Shown piece by piece: positions 23,722-35,529 of a DNA stretch of 64,000 nucleotides (position 1 is its first letter; each line of letters starts with the position of its first letter). Made by a program: the position numbers and the translations under genes. A model generated the notes under the pieces. That model was not told where the DNA came from and made no database searches. It saw only the letters and a program-made list of their open reading frames with translations. Origin of the DNA: Asterias rubens (lineage: Eukaryota); contig NC_047067.1 of assembly GCF_902459465.1 (NCBI RefSeq), positions 15,190,001-15,254,000 on the forward strand. The letters are read 5' to 3'.

Positions 23722-24092
23722 TTGAAGGCACTGGACACTATTGGTAACTAATAACTCACAATAATGATTAGCATAAAACCTTACTTGGTAACGAGTAATG
23801 GAGAGCTGTTGATAGTATAAAACAGCTCCCTATATATGAAGTAACGTAGTTTTTGAGAAAGAAGTAATTTTTTACTAAAATATTTGAGTTTGATTTCGAG
23901 ACCTCGGAATTTGATTTTAAGGTCTCCACATCAAGCATCTTGAAGGGTGTTTTTTCTTTCATTATTCTCTCGCAAATTTGACGACCAATTGAGCTCAAAT
24001 ATTCTCAGGTTTGTTACTTTATGCATATGTTGAGATACACAAAGTGAGAAGACTGGTCTTTGACAATTACCAATAGTGTCCAGTTTCTTTGA
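23722..24092. mobile_element. Kolobok-type MITE, family A
   Basis: TTGA-AGGCACTGGACACTATTGG ... CCAATAGTGTCCAGTTTCT-TTGA. Confidence 0.8.
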
Positions 24093-24331
24093 GTATTCGG
24101 GTTCTGAAAAAAGGGGTACACTTTTTATCTTAACAGTTTTGAATATAAGGAGCGTCACCGGTAACGCTACTAAGATTATGTGTATTCCTGGAAGAGATTG
24201 TTTTTCCTGCATGGACATCAATCCGGCGATTTTTAAATAAAATTGTCATTGGTTTGTTTTATTGTATACCTTCATTTCTTTAGAGTTGAAACATTCGAAG
24301 GGCTCCGAAAACCAAACGAATAAACAGACAC

Positions 24332-24702
24332 TTTATGGACACGTTGCCTTCGGATTTGGGCACCTTTGGGCTATTAAAGCGTTCACTATGAAATAAATAT
24401 GGTTGGAAAGATTTTTGAATATTAGAATAAAATTATCCACAGAAAAAACCGTCGAAATTATGTGGTTTTTATTTTACTTCGTGAACTATAACACGGTTAA
24501 CATTTTGTGGAGTCGAAGTGGTCACTACAAAATGGCGAACCGTTTTGTTTATAAAGTAAAAGAAACACACAATTTCGAGGTATATTTGTGTGGATCATTT
24601 TAATAATATTCTATTTCTAAAACATATTTCCAACTATATTTATATCAGAACAAACGCTTTTGGGCCGAAAGCGCCCAATCCGAAGACAATGTGTCCCTTC
24701 AA
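24332..24702. mobile_element. Kolobok-type MITE, family D (diverged)
   Basis: GGACACGTTGCCTTCGGATTTGGGC ... GCCCAATCCGAAGACAATGTGTCCC; the interior resembles 3661-4053. Confidence 0.65.
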
Positions 24703-24824
24703 ACATTACATAGCAAATTATTTGCAATTTCGTATATTTAATCACATTATTTCATCTGTCACGGATTAGATGTTCCTTCTCAAACATAAGAAGCAAGAAG
24801 CAGGTTTTAACGTTTTCCGATTTA

Positions 24825-25331
24825 AATTGGTCATTCATAAATACCTCAGACAGTTTCGCTATTCTATTGGTGGAGAGCGCGTCACGTGGGGGTGTTTAAA
24901 CGGTTGATAATGACCAGCTAGACTCTGTTTATAACCGGTTAGTCTTGATGCAAGACGTTTCTTGTTAAGGGCGATGCGGGCGCTGTCGGTGAGTTGGCCG
25001 CGCTTTGTGTGAAAGGGAAACGATAACGTCTTGCACCAAGACTACAACGCGCACGAAAGGATCCGGAAACTGGGCGGTTCAGTCATAACAATGTAACACA
25101 CGGACGTCGTACATACAGAGCTCAAGCACGTCCGAAACGGATAAGTTTTACAGAGTTTCTTACTTTATTACGCCTTTCAACCAAAAAGGCTGAATGGGAA
25201 TAAAAGAGTAGTGACTCGTTCTTTAACGGCCGTTTAAAACCTTGCAGGGTCGTTGCCGTGATCACACGGCAACGACCCTGCCTGTTTTAAACGGCCGTGA
25301 AAGAACTCGTCGCTACACTTTTATTCCTTAA
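24825..25331. mobile_element. Repeat related to family E, ending in a 131-bp hairpin (25197-25327)
   Basis: The left end CATTCATAAATACCTCAGACAGTTTCGCTATT..GGTGGAGAGCGCGTCACGTG is shared with ~19836-19895 and, inverted, with ~63525-63580. The right end is the hairpin GGAATAAAAGAGTAG...CTACACTTTTATTCC followed by TTAA. Confidence 0.6.
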
Positions 25332-25366
25332 TTTAATTAGCAAAAGTACAATTTATATAAATCATT

Positions 25367-25879
25367 GTAAATGGAAGGTACACGTTTGGTAATTGTAAAA
25401 GACCAGTCTTCTCACTTGGTGTATCCCAACATAAGCATAAAATAACAAGCCTGTGAAAATTTGAGCTAAATAGGAGACTTTCCAACGCTAGGTGGCAGCA
25501 GACATACCGGGTAAATTTCCATTGTTTACGTAGTTCTGAACATGCGCATAATTCTGAGAACAATAGATTTACCCGCTAAGTCTGCTGCCCTCTATCGTCC
25601 CAGAAAGTCTCCCATTGGTTATCATCGAAGTTGCGAGAAAATGATGAGAGAAAAAACACCCTTGTTGAAACGAATTTGTGTGCTTTCTGGCAAGAAGTGT
25701 TTTATTATTTTTAGTGAGAAATTAAATTACCTCATTCTCAAAATCTATGCTACTTCAGAGGAAGCCGTTTCTCACAATGTTTTATACTATCAACAGCTCT
25801 CCAATGCTCGTAACTAAGTCAGTTTTTAAGTTAATATTTGTTTTTAATTTTAATTACCAAACGTGTACCTTCCATTTCA
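25367..25879. mobile_element. Kolobok-type MITE, family B, with a nested 140-bp MITE (25473-25612)
   Basis: ATGGAAGGTACACGTTTGGTAATT ... AATTACCAAACGTGTACCTTCCAT. The nested element has TIR GGAGACTTT/AAAGTCTCC. Duplicate at 33540-34052. Confidence 0.8.
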
Positions 25880-26479
25880 GGCATGCGGCAATCCGAAACG
25901 CTTGAGCTACAATCAGACAATCTGGGTTTGACGTCACATCGGAAACGGCGCTTAGAAAAACAAAACAATACACGCTAAGCAATCTAATTAATTATATTTC
26001 AATTAAGACACTGGGACGAGAGTTTAATCTTACAACAATTATTGAAGGCTACCACACTGCAGGAACAATAACAAATTTAATGACGGTAAATTTGGACTGG
26101 TCCCTAAGCAGTACGACGTCATGCCACAGCCCAGACTTTGAGTATGTGAGCATGAGTATTGGTTGAGACAATTAAATATTATTTACAAAAAATAATATAT
26201 ATGATTGATGTCCCTTTAGGGCAGTCGAAGTTAAGGTTACGACCTTCACATGATTTCTATCAGAGTGTACACGAACTATCAAAATGTAGTCTCATATTTG
26301 ATAATATTTAAACGCCAGTGACAAAGAGTGAAACTAACACATGCGTCAATTTTCGGCATAAATCTGTCTTCATAGAAGTATTGGCGCTCATCCTTCCCTC
26401 GGTGACGCTCAACGCGCTTCAACATACAGTGTTTCCTGCAAGATATGTGGGACTATGTTTGAATTATTATGAGATCTAC

Positions 26480-26757
26480 ATGTACATGTTATGGTTTACA
26501 AGGTGATGTGGCCCAATATGCTGCCAATCAAACCAGGAATCCCTTCTCTTTTCGATACGTGCACTGGATTAGTTTACGTGTGTTACACAAAACACGGGAC
26601 CAACATCTTAACGTCCCACCCGAAGGACGAAGCATCATGCATGTTGAGTGCTTGCTTTAGGACATAAATGTCATGGCTGGGACTCGAACCCACAATCTGG
26701 TGATCAGCAAACCCAGAGCTTGAGTCCGGTGCTCTTAACCGCTAAGTCACGACACGT
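26480..26757 (-). mobile_element. tRNA-derived SINE
   Basis: Minus-strand head GTGTCGTGACTTAGCGGTTAAGAGCACCGGACTC with B-box GGTTCGAGTCCC; body shared with 43920-44304. Duplicate at 34653-34930. Confidence 0.85.
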
Positions 26758-26902
26758 CATTCTAGGCCTAACTTCATCGGAGTATATCTTGACATTATTT
26801 AATGCTTCAGTTATCATGGTTTTAAACTAGGAATTTCACTTCACTGATTTTAATTGAAAATGGTAGATGGAGCGTGGTTACCAACCGGCTCTTATAAAGC
26901 AC

Positions 26903-27229
26903 TTAAAGTCACTGGACACCTTTAGTAATTGTCAAAGACCAGTGTTCTCACTTCTTTGGTGTATCCCAACAAGTGATGATTTGGTCTCAATAGTCATCGA
27001 AGGTACAAGAAAATAATGGCAGAAAAATACCCTTGTTGCGCAAATGTCTTTGCTTTTGAGATACCTAAAAAGGCTTCAGGCTTGAAGTCTATTAATATTA
27101 TTTTGAGTGAAAAATTGCCAATTTCTAAATGTTTTATACTATCAACAGCTCTCCATTGCTCGTTACCAAATAAGTTGTCATGCTAACAATTATTTTGTTG
27201 TAACTACCAAAAGTGTTCGGTGCCTTTAA
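26903..27229. mobile_element. Kolobok-type MITE, family A
   Basis: TTAAAGTCACTGGACACC ... GTGTTCGGTGCCTTTAA. Duplicate at 35076-35402. Confidence 0.8.
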
Positions 27230-27356
27230 AATGGGTGATATTCATCATAATGTCGCTTTCTGAAAACACCAATTAACAGTTTATGTTTTGCCTGTATTTT
27301 GTGCGCTATTATTATGGGTGACTTGCATGTCGTCTGGCATGGAAGGAATAATGTCT

Positions 27357-28477
27357 TTACGCTTTTGGCTCTAAATCCACGGGAATCTTTGGTCCTTCAT
27401 GTTCGATATTGTCGTTGTTCTCCTGTATACCTCCACGGTTGTTGGTACAGCAGAAATATGTTGTTTTAATCTCACAATCATTCAGTCGAAAACAAAACCG
27501 CGGTATTATTTTCTTACACAATTCATCAAGTCTGTCGTGGTATGTCTTATTCATGAGGAAGTAAATCACAGAGTTGAAGAACCCATTGGACACGAGTAGC
27601 AAGCGACTCGTGGAGAGAATTTCGTGTGGTAGTTCCACCTTGACAACCGATATGAGAAAGGCTACACAGAAGTACGGCAACCAGCTGACAAGCACGGCAA
27701 TCGTCATAACCCTTACCATTTGGAACAGTTTCAACGTCTTCTTACTGGTTGCTGCTCTGTTGGTCGAACCCGGTTGGCTTGGGGATGGGGTTGTAGCAAC
27801 AATCGCCATGTTGGCACGGATACGGTCGCTTGATTTTAGTGTCCGAGTTACTATACAAGAAGTCACAGATACGATGATGATGTCTGGTATTAAATGACGA
27901 ACAACACAAACGCGATCAGCACTGGCTCGCCCAGGAACGCAATCGTGCATGTATGCAACGCCGGTACGTACTCATAAGAAGCAACATCAGTTAATGTAGT
28001 CACATACGCCAGAGCAATACCAACCCAGCTGACTACCACACAAGTCAATGTGACTTTCTTTGTGACAAACCTGGAATATTTGAAAGGGTGAACAATAGCG
28101 ATGTAGCGTTCAATGGCAAGGAAAGTCAGAGTAGTCCCCGATGATGTAATGAACACTTGCCCAAAATACGCAGTCAGTTTACACGCCGTGTCTCCGTATG
28201 GCCAAGCCTCTGGCGTTACAAGAAAAGTAGCCATTGGGTAGATGGAGAAACATGATATAATACCAGTTCCAAAATCAGCAATTGCGAGAGATATCAGGAT
28301 TATTCCGTGACCATTCCGGAAGGATGGAGTCAACAAAAAGACAAATAAGTTCCCAAAATTTCCAATCAAGATGAGAAACGTTATTGCGATGACAAACATG
28401 AGATCCATGTAGCATAGTGTCGGGTACCGACAGAAGTTCAGACATGAAGAATTACCATCACATGTCAAGTCATCCAT
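27357..28477 (-). pseudogene. GPCR 5: frameshifted copy of GPCR7 (true null allele or homopolymer sequencing error)
   Basis: Matches 35530-36651 except for a 1-bp deletion in an A run (27892-27894, AAA vs AAAA) and three substitutions. Confidence 0.8.
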
Positions 28478-28989
28478 TTTGTATTTTAAACCACTTAATG
28501 GCAGATCACACAGTGCCCTTGCAGTGCTAACTTATTACCTTTTAATGGTGTTGTAATTTGAAAGTTTGTTGAGGCACAACCCATGCAGTTTTTGGTCGAA
28601 ACCAATCAGGAAGTAAAATTTGAACTCACCTTTCAACAGTTTCAGTTTTCAACGACCTTCAAACAGCCACGGGGTCATATGACGTAGACAACGCAATTGT
28701 GTTTTTGCTTCAAGTGGTGACAAACACAGGCACTCTAGTAATAAAGTGTTTGTTAATATACACATGCTTTGGAGCATGGTCACAGTGACCTGAAAATATT
28801 GACGATTATGTTTGTTTATTTGAGCATTTAATACAGTTATTCGACGTGTTTAAACATAATGTGAACAACCATGGAGGTAGATGGAACAACAGTGTGTAAA
28901 TAACTTGATTCATAGCGATCCGTGTTTTTACTCGGACCAACATTTAAATAGTTCCATTTGTTTACCTTCTTGCTGGCTAATCATTACCT

Positions 28990-29374
28990 TTAAAGGCAGT
29001 GGACACTATTGGTAATTGTCAAAGACTAGCCTTCACAGTTGGTGTATCTCAACATATGCATACAATAACAAACCTGTGAAAATTTGAGCCCAATCGGTCA
29101 TCGAACTTGCGAGATAATAATGAAAGAAAAACCACCCTTGTCACACGAAGTTGTGTGCGTTTAGATGGTTGATTTCGAGGCCTCAAGTTCTAAACCTGAG
29201 GTCTCGAATTCAAATTCGTGGAAAATTACTTCTTTCTCGAAAACTATGGCACTTCAGAGGGAGCCGTTTCTCACAATGTTTTAAACCATCAACCTCTCCC
29301 ATTACTCGTCACCAAGAAAGGTTTTATGCTAATAAATAATTTGAGTAATTACCAATAGTGTCCACTGCCTTTAA
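28990..29374. mobile_element. Kolobok-type MITE, family A
   Basis: TTAA-AGGCAGTGGACACTATTGGTAATT ... AATTACCAATAGTGTCCACTGCCT-TTAA, perfect TIR and TSD. Duplicate at 37166-37550. Confidence 0.9.
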
Positions 29375-30224
29375 GAAGACTGATACTAGCATTTTCATCC
29401 AAATAAGGTGATCTTAATTTAGACTTTAGATTATAAGGTGTTCCACTGAACTTCAAAAGGGCTGTTTTTATTTTTTTGCTTCATGCTATGCACACCAATC
29501 GTAGTATATTGAAACAGTAGAGGCGGGGAGAAGCTTGCCCCTAATATGGTGTAATCGACGTCATGGCGTCGCCCGATAAATACAATATCGGCATTGCACA
29601 TTTTGATCATTTGCAGAATCAAGGTCCCCGCCTACATTACATGCTAAGTGTGCACCCAACTATAGGGAGAAAACAGAGCGGCTATCCCCTCAGCTTCGCT
29701 TCGGTCTTCTTCATGGTTTTGACATAACCGTGGGCCTATAATTATACCCCTCATAGCGGTCAATATTTCCATATAAGTGGGGTGCACTCTTCAGGCTAAG
29801 ACTCTTGGAGAACATGGGGTTGTTCAAGTATACATGAATGAGGGCGTTTTAGCTTCATCCGTAAATGTAGCAATGGACCTTTTCACAACCAATCGCGCAA
29901 ACGCTAACTGTTGAACGAGGAACATGCTAGTCTAGCTAGCGATCAAGCTAGCATGCACCTCATTACACGCCTACGTGGGCATACCCAGTTTATTACAATA
30001 AGGTCCATTACATAGCTAACCACAGTGGCTAAAATATTGGTTGTTTTTTTAATTATCTTCAGTCGTAAATTGTTTTCTCTTTCTTTGTTATTTAACTATT
30101 TTTTTAAATAAGTTTGTGGACAGATGTTTCGACTCTTGCAGTCTTCCTCGAAGACTATTGGCAACACAACATACATCAAAAATTAATGCCTATCTACTAG
30201 TGTAACAGAATACGTCAATGATGT

Positions 30225-30587
30225 TTAAAGGCAATTAACACTATTGGTAATTACTCACAAATAATTGTTAGCACTAAATATTTACTTGGTAAAGAGCAAT
30301 GTAGAGCTGTTGATAGTATAAAACATTGTGAGAAACGGCTCCCTCTAGTAACGTAGTTTTTGAGAATGAGGTATTAACTTATCACGAAAATATTTGACTT
30401 GAATCTCGAATTCAAGAAATCTGACAAAACTTGTGTAGCGACATTGGTATTTTTTATTCCATTATTCTCTCGAAACTTCGTCGATTAAATTGAGTCGAAG
30501 TTTTCAAAACTTTGTTATTTCCTGCATATTTTTTTGGAATGAGAATATTGGTCTTTGGCAATTACCAAACGTGTCCAGTGTCTTTAA
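30225..30587. mobile_element. Kolobok-type MITE, family A
   Basis: TTAAAGGCAATTAACACTATTGG ... GTGTCCAGTGTCTTTAA. Duplicate at 38399-38761. Confidence 0.8.
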
Positions 30588-31353
30588 TTAAGTTGAAATA
30601 AGGGGCGTATAAAAGTGCCCATAGAAAAGCAAGGGATGAACGTTGAAGGAAACTTGATACAAAACAATAAACACTGAAATACCAGGATCAGTCTCAGACT
30701 TGTCCCCAGGGCAGGTGATGGATTGTATGTATACACGTGTATGTCAGAATTAAATGCAAATCCCAAGAACCTCGAAAGCCAGGTGATTGATGCGAAGTCA
30801 AAGATGATTGTGGACGACGGCTCAACGGCAGAACGCTGGCGTAATTCACAAGTGTGGTATGAGATGTTCAGGCAGGGTCTCTACTGAGCCTGACCTGATA
30901 GTTAACGTCTTTTCTTGTGATGAAAGCTACGATTCTGATTACATAATTGGTTGTCTCGTTTTGTATTTATTGGATGTGCTAATTAAAGCTCCATTAGCAG
31001 AGTCCTTCAAAGAAGAACATTCATTGCAGCCAGACATTTATGAGGTCTGTGTTAATGTCTTGTATTTGCAAAGTGCTCTCTGGAGGGTGATGCCGTGGAA
31101 ACAGCTTCAAAATGAGTAGGATTTGAAACATTGCAGTGTGAAAATTGTAGTAAGGTTTGCAGTAACACGTAGCGATAATATCTAATTGAGTTGGGTGGTT
31201 CAAAAGAACCGTATGTTTCAACGCAACGTTTCGAGCTATGCTCTGATCGACTTCTGGATAGGGCTGTACTCTGACGATGCATGCTGCTTAATTCAGTACC
31301 GGTGGTGCGGGTTGGCTTGCTGATGCACGAAGGCGGGAAATAATGGCTTGAAA

Positions 31354-32457
31354 ATGGATTCTCAGACGGAAAAGAACATGACATTTGAAGCTACAAATAC
31401 ACCAATTCTAGCGTGTGGATTGACCGGATTCAAACCGTTCTCTGGATCAACAGGGCAACTGATTACAGTAATCGCCACAACTGTCTTCATTTTGGCGGGA
31501 AATGCAATCAATTTGGCCATTTTGGGTACAACTAAGTCACTCCGCACTGCGCATGGTTATCTCCTGTCAGCACTTGCCATTGGTGGATTCATAGTTGGAT
31601 GTAATGCTACACTATCCATCTACCCAGTTGTGACAAAATGCTGGTTGTACGGGACCATCATTTGCCAGTTATCTGCATATTTATTCGAATTCTGTATGGT
31701 TTTCAATCTCTTTATCGTGGTTCTACTGAGTGGAGAGAGGTACATTGCCATTGTACATCCATTGAAATACAGAGTACTCATCACTAAAACTAAGACCAAG
31801 ATCGCCATTGGTGTCAGCACGATGATTTCTTGTGTGTTTCTAACCATACTCGCAGTAACACAGCCAGAATTCAAGTACAAACCACGCCAATACGTTTGTC
31901 GCCGTACTAAAAATGATGACATTCGTGGGGCATTTATGGCTCTATCGTCCATATTGTTGATTTTCAGCTTTGCCGTGGTGAGTTATACCTCCGTTACAAT
32001 GTTAAGGGCAGTGGTGCGACGGTCAAATGAAAGCAAACGTTTATTTGAGGGCGTGCACGCATCACATCTACAATCTAACGCGTCCATGGTGTCCGCACAA
32101 AACTCTCGCATCTTCAAAGTAACTGTGCTCATAGCAACTACGTTCTACATCTCATGGATACCAGCTATCGTCGGTGCCATGTTGAATGTTGCAGATCCAA
32201 ACATTTTGGAAAGTTCACCAATCTTTGAATTCGCTGCACAGTGGCTGCTCATCTCAAACACGCTCTTCAATACATTGATTTACTTTTTCATGTTGAAGCT
32301 CTTCCGTGTCCGCGCCAAGGAGATCTCTGCACAGCTGTGTTGTTGTCTGTGTTTTGTCGTGAAGGGAATAAGGAGGGCAGATCCGAGCACAAACTCTGAC
32401 AGTAGACTAGCTATCGAACTTACCGTTTTCCAAAAAGGCACCACATCTAATGTATAG
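31354..32457 (+). CDS. Rhodopsin-class GPCR 6, single coding exon, 367 aa, divergent subfamily
   Basis: Open 7TM frame with GN (TM1), WLYG-C, SGERY, SWIP and NTLIY plus a CCCLC tail. First ATG at 31354. Confidence 0.93.
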   Translation: MDSQTEKNMTFEATNTPILACGLTGFKPFSGSTGQLITVIATTVFILAGNAINLAILGTTKSLRTAHGYLLSALAIGGFIVGCNATLSIYPVVTKCWLYGTIICQLSAYLFEFCMVFNLFIVVLLSGERYIAIVHPLKYRVLITKTKTKIAIGVSTMISCVFLTILAVTQPEFKYKPRQYVCRRTKNDDIRGAFMALSSILLIFSFAVVSYTSVTMLRAVVRRSNESKRLFEGVHASHLQSNASMVSAQNSRIFKVTVLIATTFYISWIPAIVGAMLNVADPNILESSPIFEFAAQWLLISNTLFNTLIYFFMLKLFRVRAKEISAQLCCCLCFVVKGIRRADPSTNSDSRLAIELTVFQKGTTSNV

Positions 32458-32589
32458 TATTGATATATTGCTGGTGACCTGTCTTAAAAAGAGTTTGCTC
32501 CAAGACAATGTGACACTAAAAACTGGCGTCTCGATTGACTTTCTTCAATTTTTTTTTCTCGTAATATTCCTCAACTCGGTCTTATTTTG

Positions 32590-32931
32590 TTAAAGGCAGT
32601 GGACACTATTGGTAATTACTCAAAATAATTATTAGTATATTGGTGACGAGTAAACGGCTCCCTCTGAAGTGCCACAGTTTTTGAGAAAGAAGTAATTTTC
32701 CACGAATTTGATTTCGAGACCTCAGATTTAGAACTTGAGGTCTCGAAATCAACCATCTAAACGCACACAACTTCGTGTGACAGGGGTGTTTTTTCTTTCA
32801 TTGTTATCTCGCGAGTTTGATGACCGATTGAGCTCAAATTTTCACAGGTTTGTTATTTTATGCATATGTTGAGATACACCAACTGTGAAGGCTAGTCTTT
32901 GATAATTACCATTAGTGTCCACTGCCTTTAA
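32590..32931. mobile_element. Kolobok-type MITE, family A
   Basis: TTAA-AGGCAGTGGACACTA ... TAGTGTCCACTGCCT-TTAA. Duplicate at 40764-41105. Confidence 0.9.
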
Positions 32932-35529
32932 AGGCAATTCCCATTTGATGATTTATTTTGTCAAATGAATAGTGTCTGGTACAATGGCTTGCTTTGATCC
33001 GGAGAAGCTCGGTGTTAAATTATTCCTCAACACCGAGATTCTCCGGATTAAAGTGTAGCGTGAAGGGACTTTAGTCACAATGTACCGTTTACATTTAGAT
33101 GTCAAATGGTTCGGGCAAGCTTGCGTAACAACCTCCAGATGAGCAGAACCTGGTAACATTGTGACATACACATCCATTCAGAATCATGTAGAGTTTTCAC
33201 TGTCTCTTACGCACCTAGGCAAAAGCTTGCCCTAATGCCCTAATCATGTGACAATGGCAAATGTCTCGATAGTCAATTCAATTTTAGTGGTAACTTGTCA
33301 TCAAGCACGTCATTGTAACAGACAACATTATAATTTAACACACAAAATAATTACTTATTGGTTGACTTGGTGATAAAAGAGTAGTGACTCGTTCTTTAAC
33401 GGCCGTTTAAAACCTTGCAGGGTCGTTGCCGTGATCACACGGCAACGACCCTGCCTGTTTTAAACGGCCGTGAAAGAACTCGTCGCTACACTTTTATTCC
33501 TTAATTTAATTAGCAAAAGTACAATTTATATAAATCATTGTAAATGGAAGGTACACGTTTGGTAATTGTAAAAGACCAGTCTTCTCACTTGGTGTATCCC
33601 AACATAAGCATAAAATAACAAGCCTGTGAAAATTTGAGCTAAATAGGAGACTTTCCAACGCTAGGTGGCAGCAGACATACCGGGTAAATTTCCATTGTTT
33701 ACGTAGTTCTGAACATGCGCATAATTCTGAGAACAATAGATTTACCCGCTAAGTCTGCTGCCCTCTATCGTCCCAGAAAGTCTCCCATTGGTTATCATCG
33801 AAGTTGCGAGAAAATGATGAGAGAAAAAACACCCTTGTTGAAACGAATTTGTGTGCTTTCTGGCAAGAAGTGTTTTATTATTTTTAGTGAGAAATTAAAT
33901 TACCTCATTCTCAAAATCTATGCTACTTCAGAGGAAGCCGTTTCTCACAATGTTTTATACTATCAACAGCTCTCCAATGCTCGTAACTAAGTCAGTTTTT
34001 AAGTTAATATTTGTTTTTAATTTTAATTACCAAACGTGTACCTTCCATTTCAGGCATGCGGCAATCCGAAACGCTTGAGCTACAATCAGACAATCTGGGT
34101 TTGACGTCACATCGGAAACGGCGCTTAGAAAAACAAAACAATACACGCTAAGCAATCTAATTAATTATATTTCAATTAAGACACTGGGACGAGAGTTTAA
34201 TCTTACAACAATTATTGAAGGCTACCACACTGCAGGAACAATAACAAATTTAATGACGGTAAATTTGGACTGGTCCCTAAGCAGTACGACGTCATGCCAC
34301 AGCCCAGACTTTGAGTATGTGAGCATGAGTATTGGTTGAGACAATTAAATATTATTTACAAAAAATAATATATATGATTGATGTCCCTTTAGGGCAGTCG
34401 AAGTTAAGGTTACGACCTTCACATGATTTCTATCAGAGTGTACACGAACTATCAAAATGTAGTCTCATATTTGATAATATTTAAACGCCAGTGACAAAGA
34501 GTGAAACTAACACATGCGTCAATTTTCGGCATAAATCTGTCTTCATAGAAGTATTGGCGCTCATCCTTCCCTCGGTGACGCTCAACGCGCTTCAACATAC
34601 AGTGTTTCCTGCAAGATATGTGGGACTATGTTTGAATTATTATGAGATCTACATGTACATGTTATGGTTTACAAGGTGATGTGGCCCAATATGCTGCCAA
34701 TCAAACCAGGAATCCCTTCTCTTTTCGATACGTGCACTGGATTAGTTTACGTGTGTTACACAAAACACGGGACCAACATCTTAACGTCCCACCCGAAGGA
34801 CGAAGCATCATGCATGTTGAGTGCTTGCTTTAGGACATAAATGTCATGGCTGGGACTCGAACCCACAATCTGGTGATCAGCAAACCCAGAGCTTGAGTCC
34901 GGTGCTCTTAACCGCTAAGTCACGACACGTCATTCTAGGCCTAACTTCATCGGAGTATATCTTGACATTATTTAATGCTTCAGTTATCATGGTTTTAAAC
35001 TAGGAATTTCACTTCACTGATTTTAATTGAAAATGGTAGATGGAGCGTGGTTACCAACCGGCTCTTATAAAGCACTTAAAGTCACTGGACACCTTTAGTA
35101 ATTGTCAAAGACCAGTGTTCTCACTTCTTTGGTGTATCCCAACAAGTGATGATTTGGTCTCAATAGTCATCGAAGGTACAAGAAAATAATGGCAGAAAAA
35201 TACCCTTGTTGCGCAAATGTCTTTGCTTTTGAGATACCTAAAAAGGCTTCAGGCTTGAAGTCTATTAATATTATTTTGAGTGAAAAATTGCCAATTTCTA
35301 AATGTTTTATACTATCAACAGCTCTCCATTGCTCGTTACCAAATAAGTTGTCATGCTAACAATTATTTTGTTGTAACTACCAAAAGTGTTCGGTGCCTTT
35401 AAAATGGGTGATATTCATCATAATGTCGCTTTCTGAAAACACCAATTAACAGTTTATGTTTTGCCTGTATTTTGTGCGCTATTATTATGGGTGACTTGCA
35501 TGTCGTCTGGCATGGAAGGAATAATGTCT

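Larger units (their letters stand above)
25200..33372. repeat. Tandem segmental duplication, copy 1 (8173 bp; GPCR5 + GPCR6)
   Basis: Colinear with 33373-41568 at an offset of 8173-8196; overall identity is above 99% by eye. Confidence 0.97.

Noticed and set aside
25333-25817. Short ORFs recurring in MITEs (also 22793-23014, 29151-29339, 47358-47552 and others)
   Set aside because: They are chance frames in non-coding repeats, and recur only because the MITE recurs.
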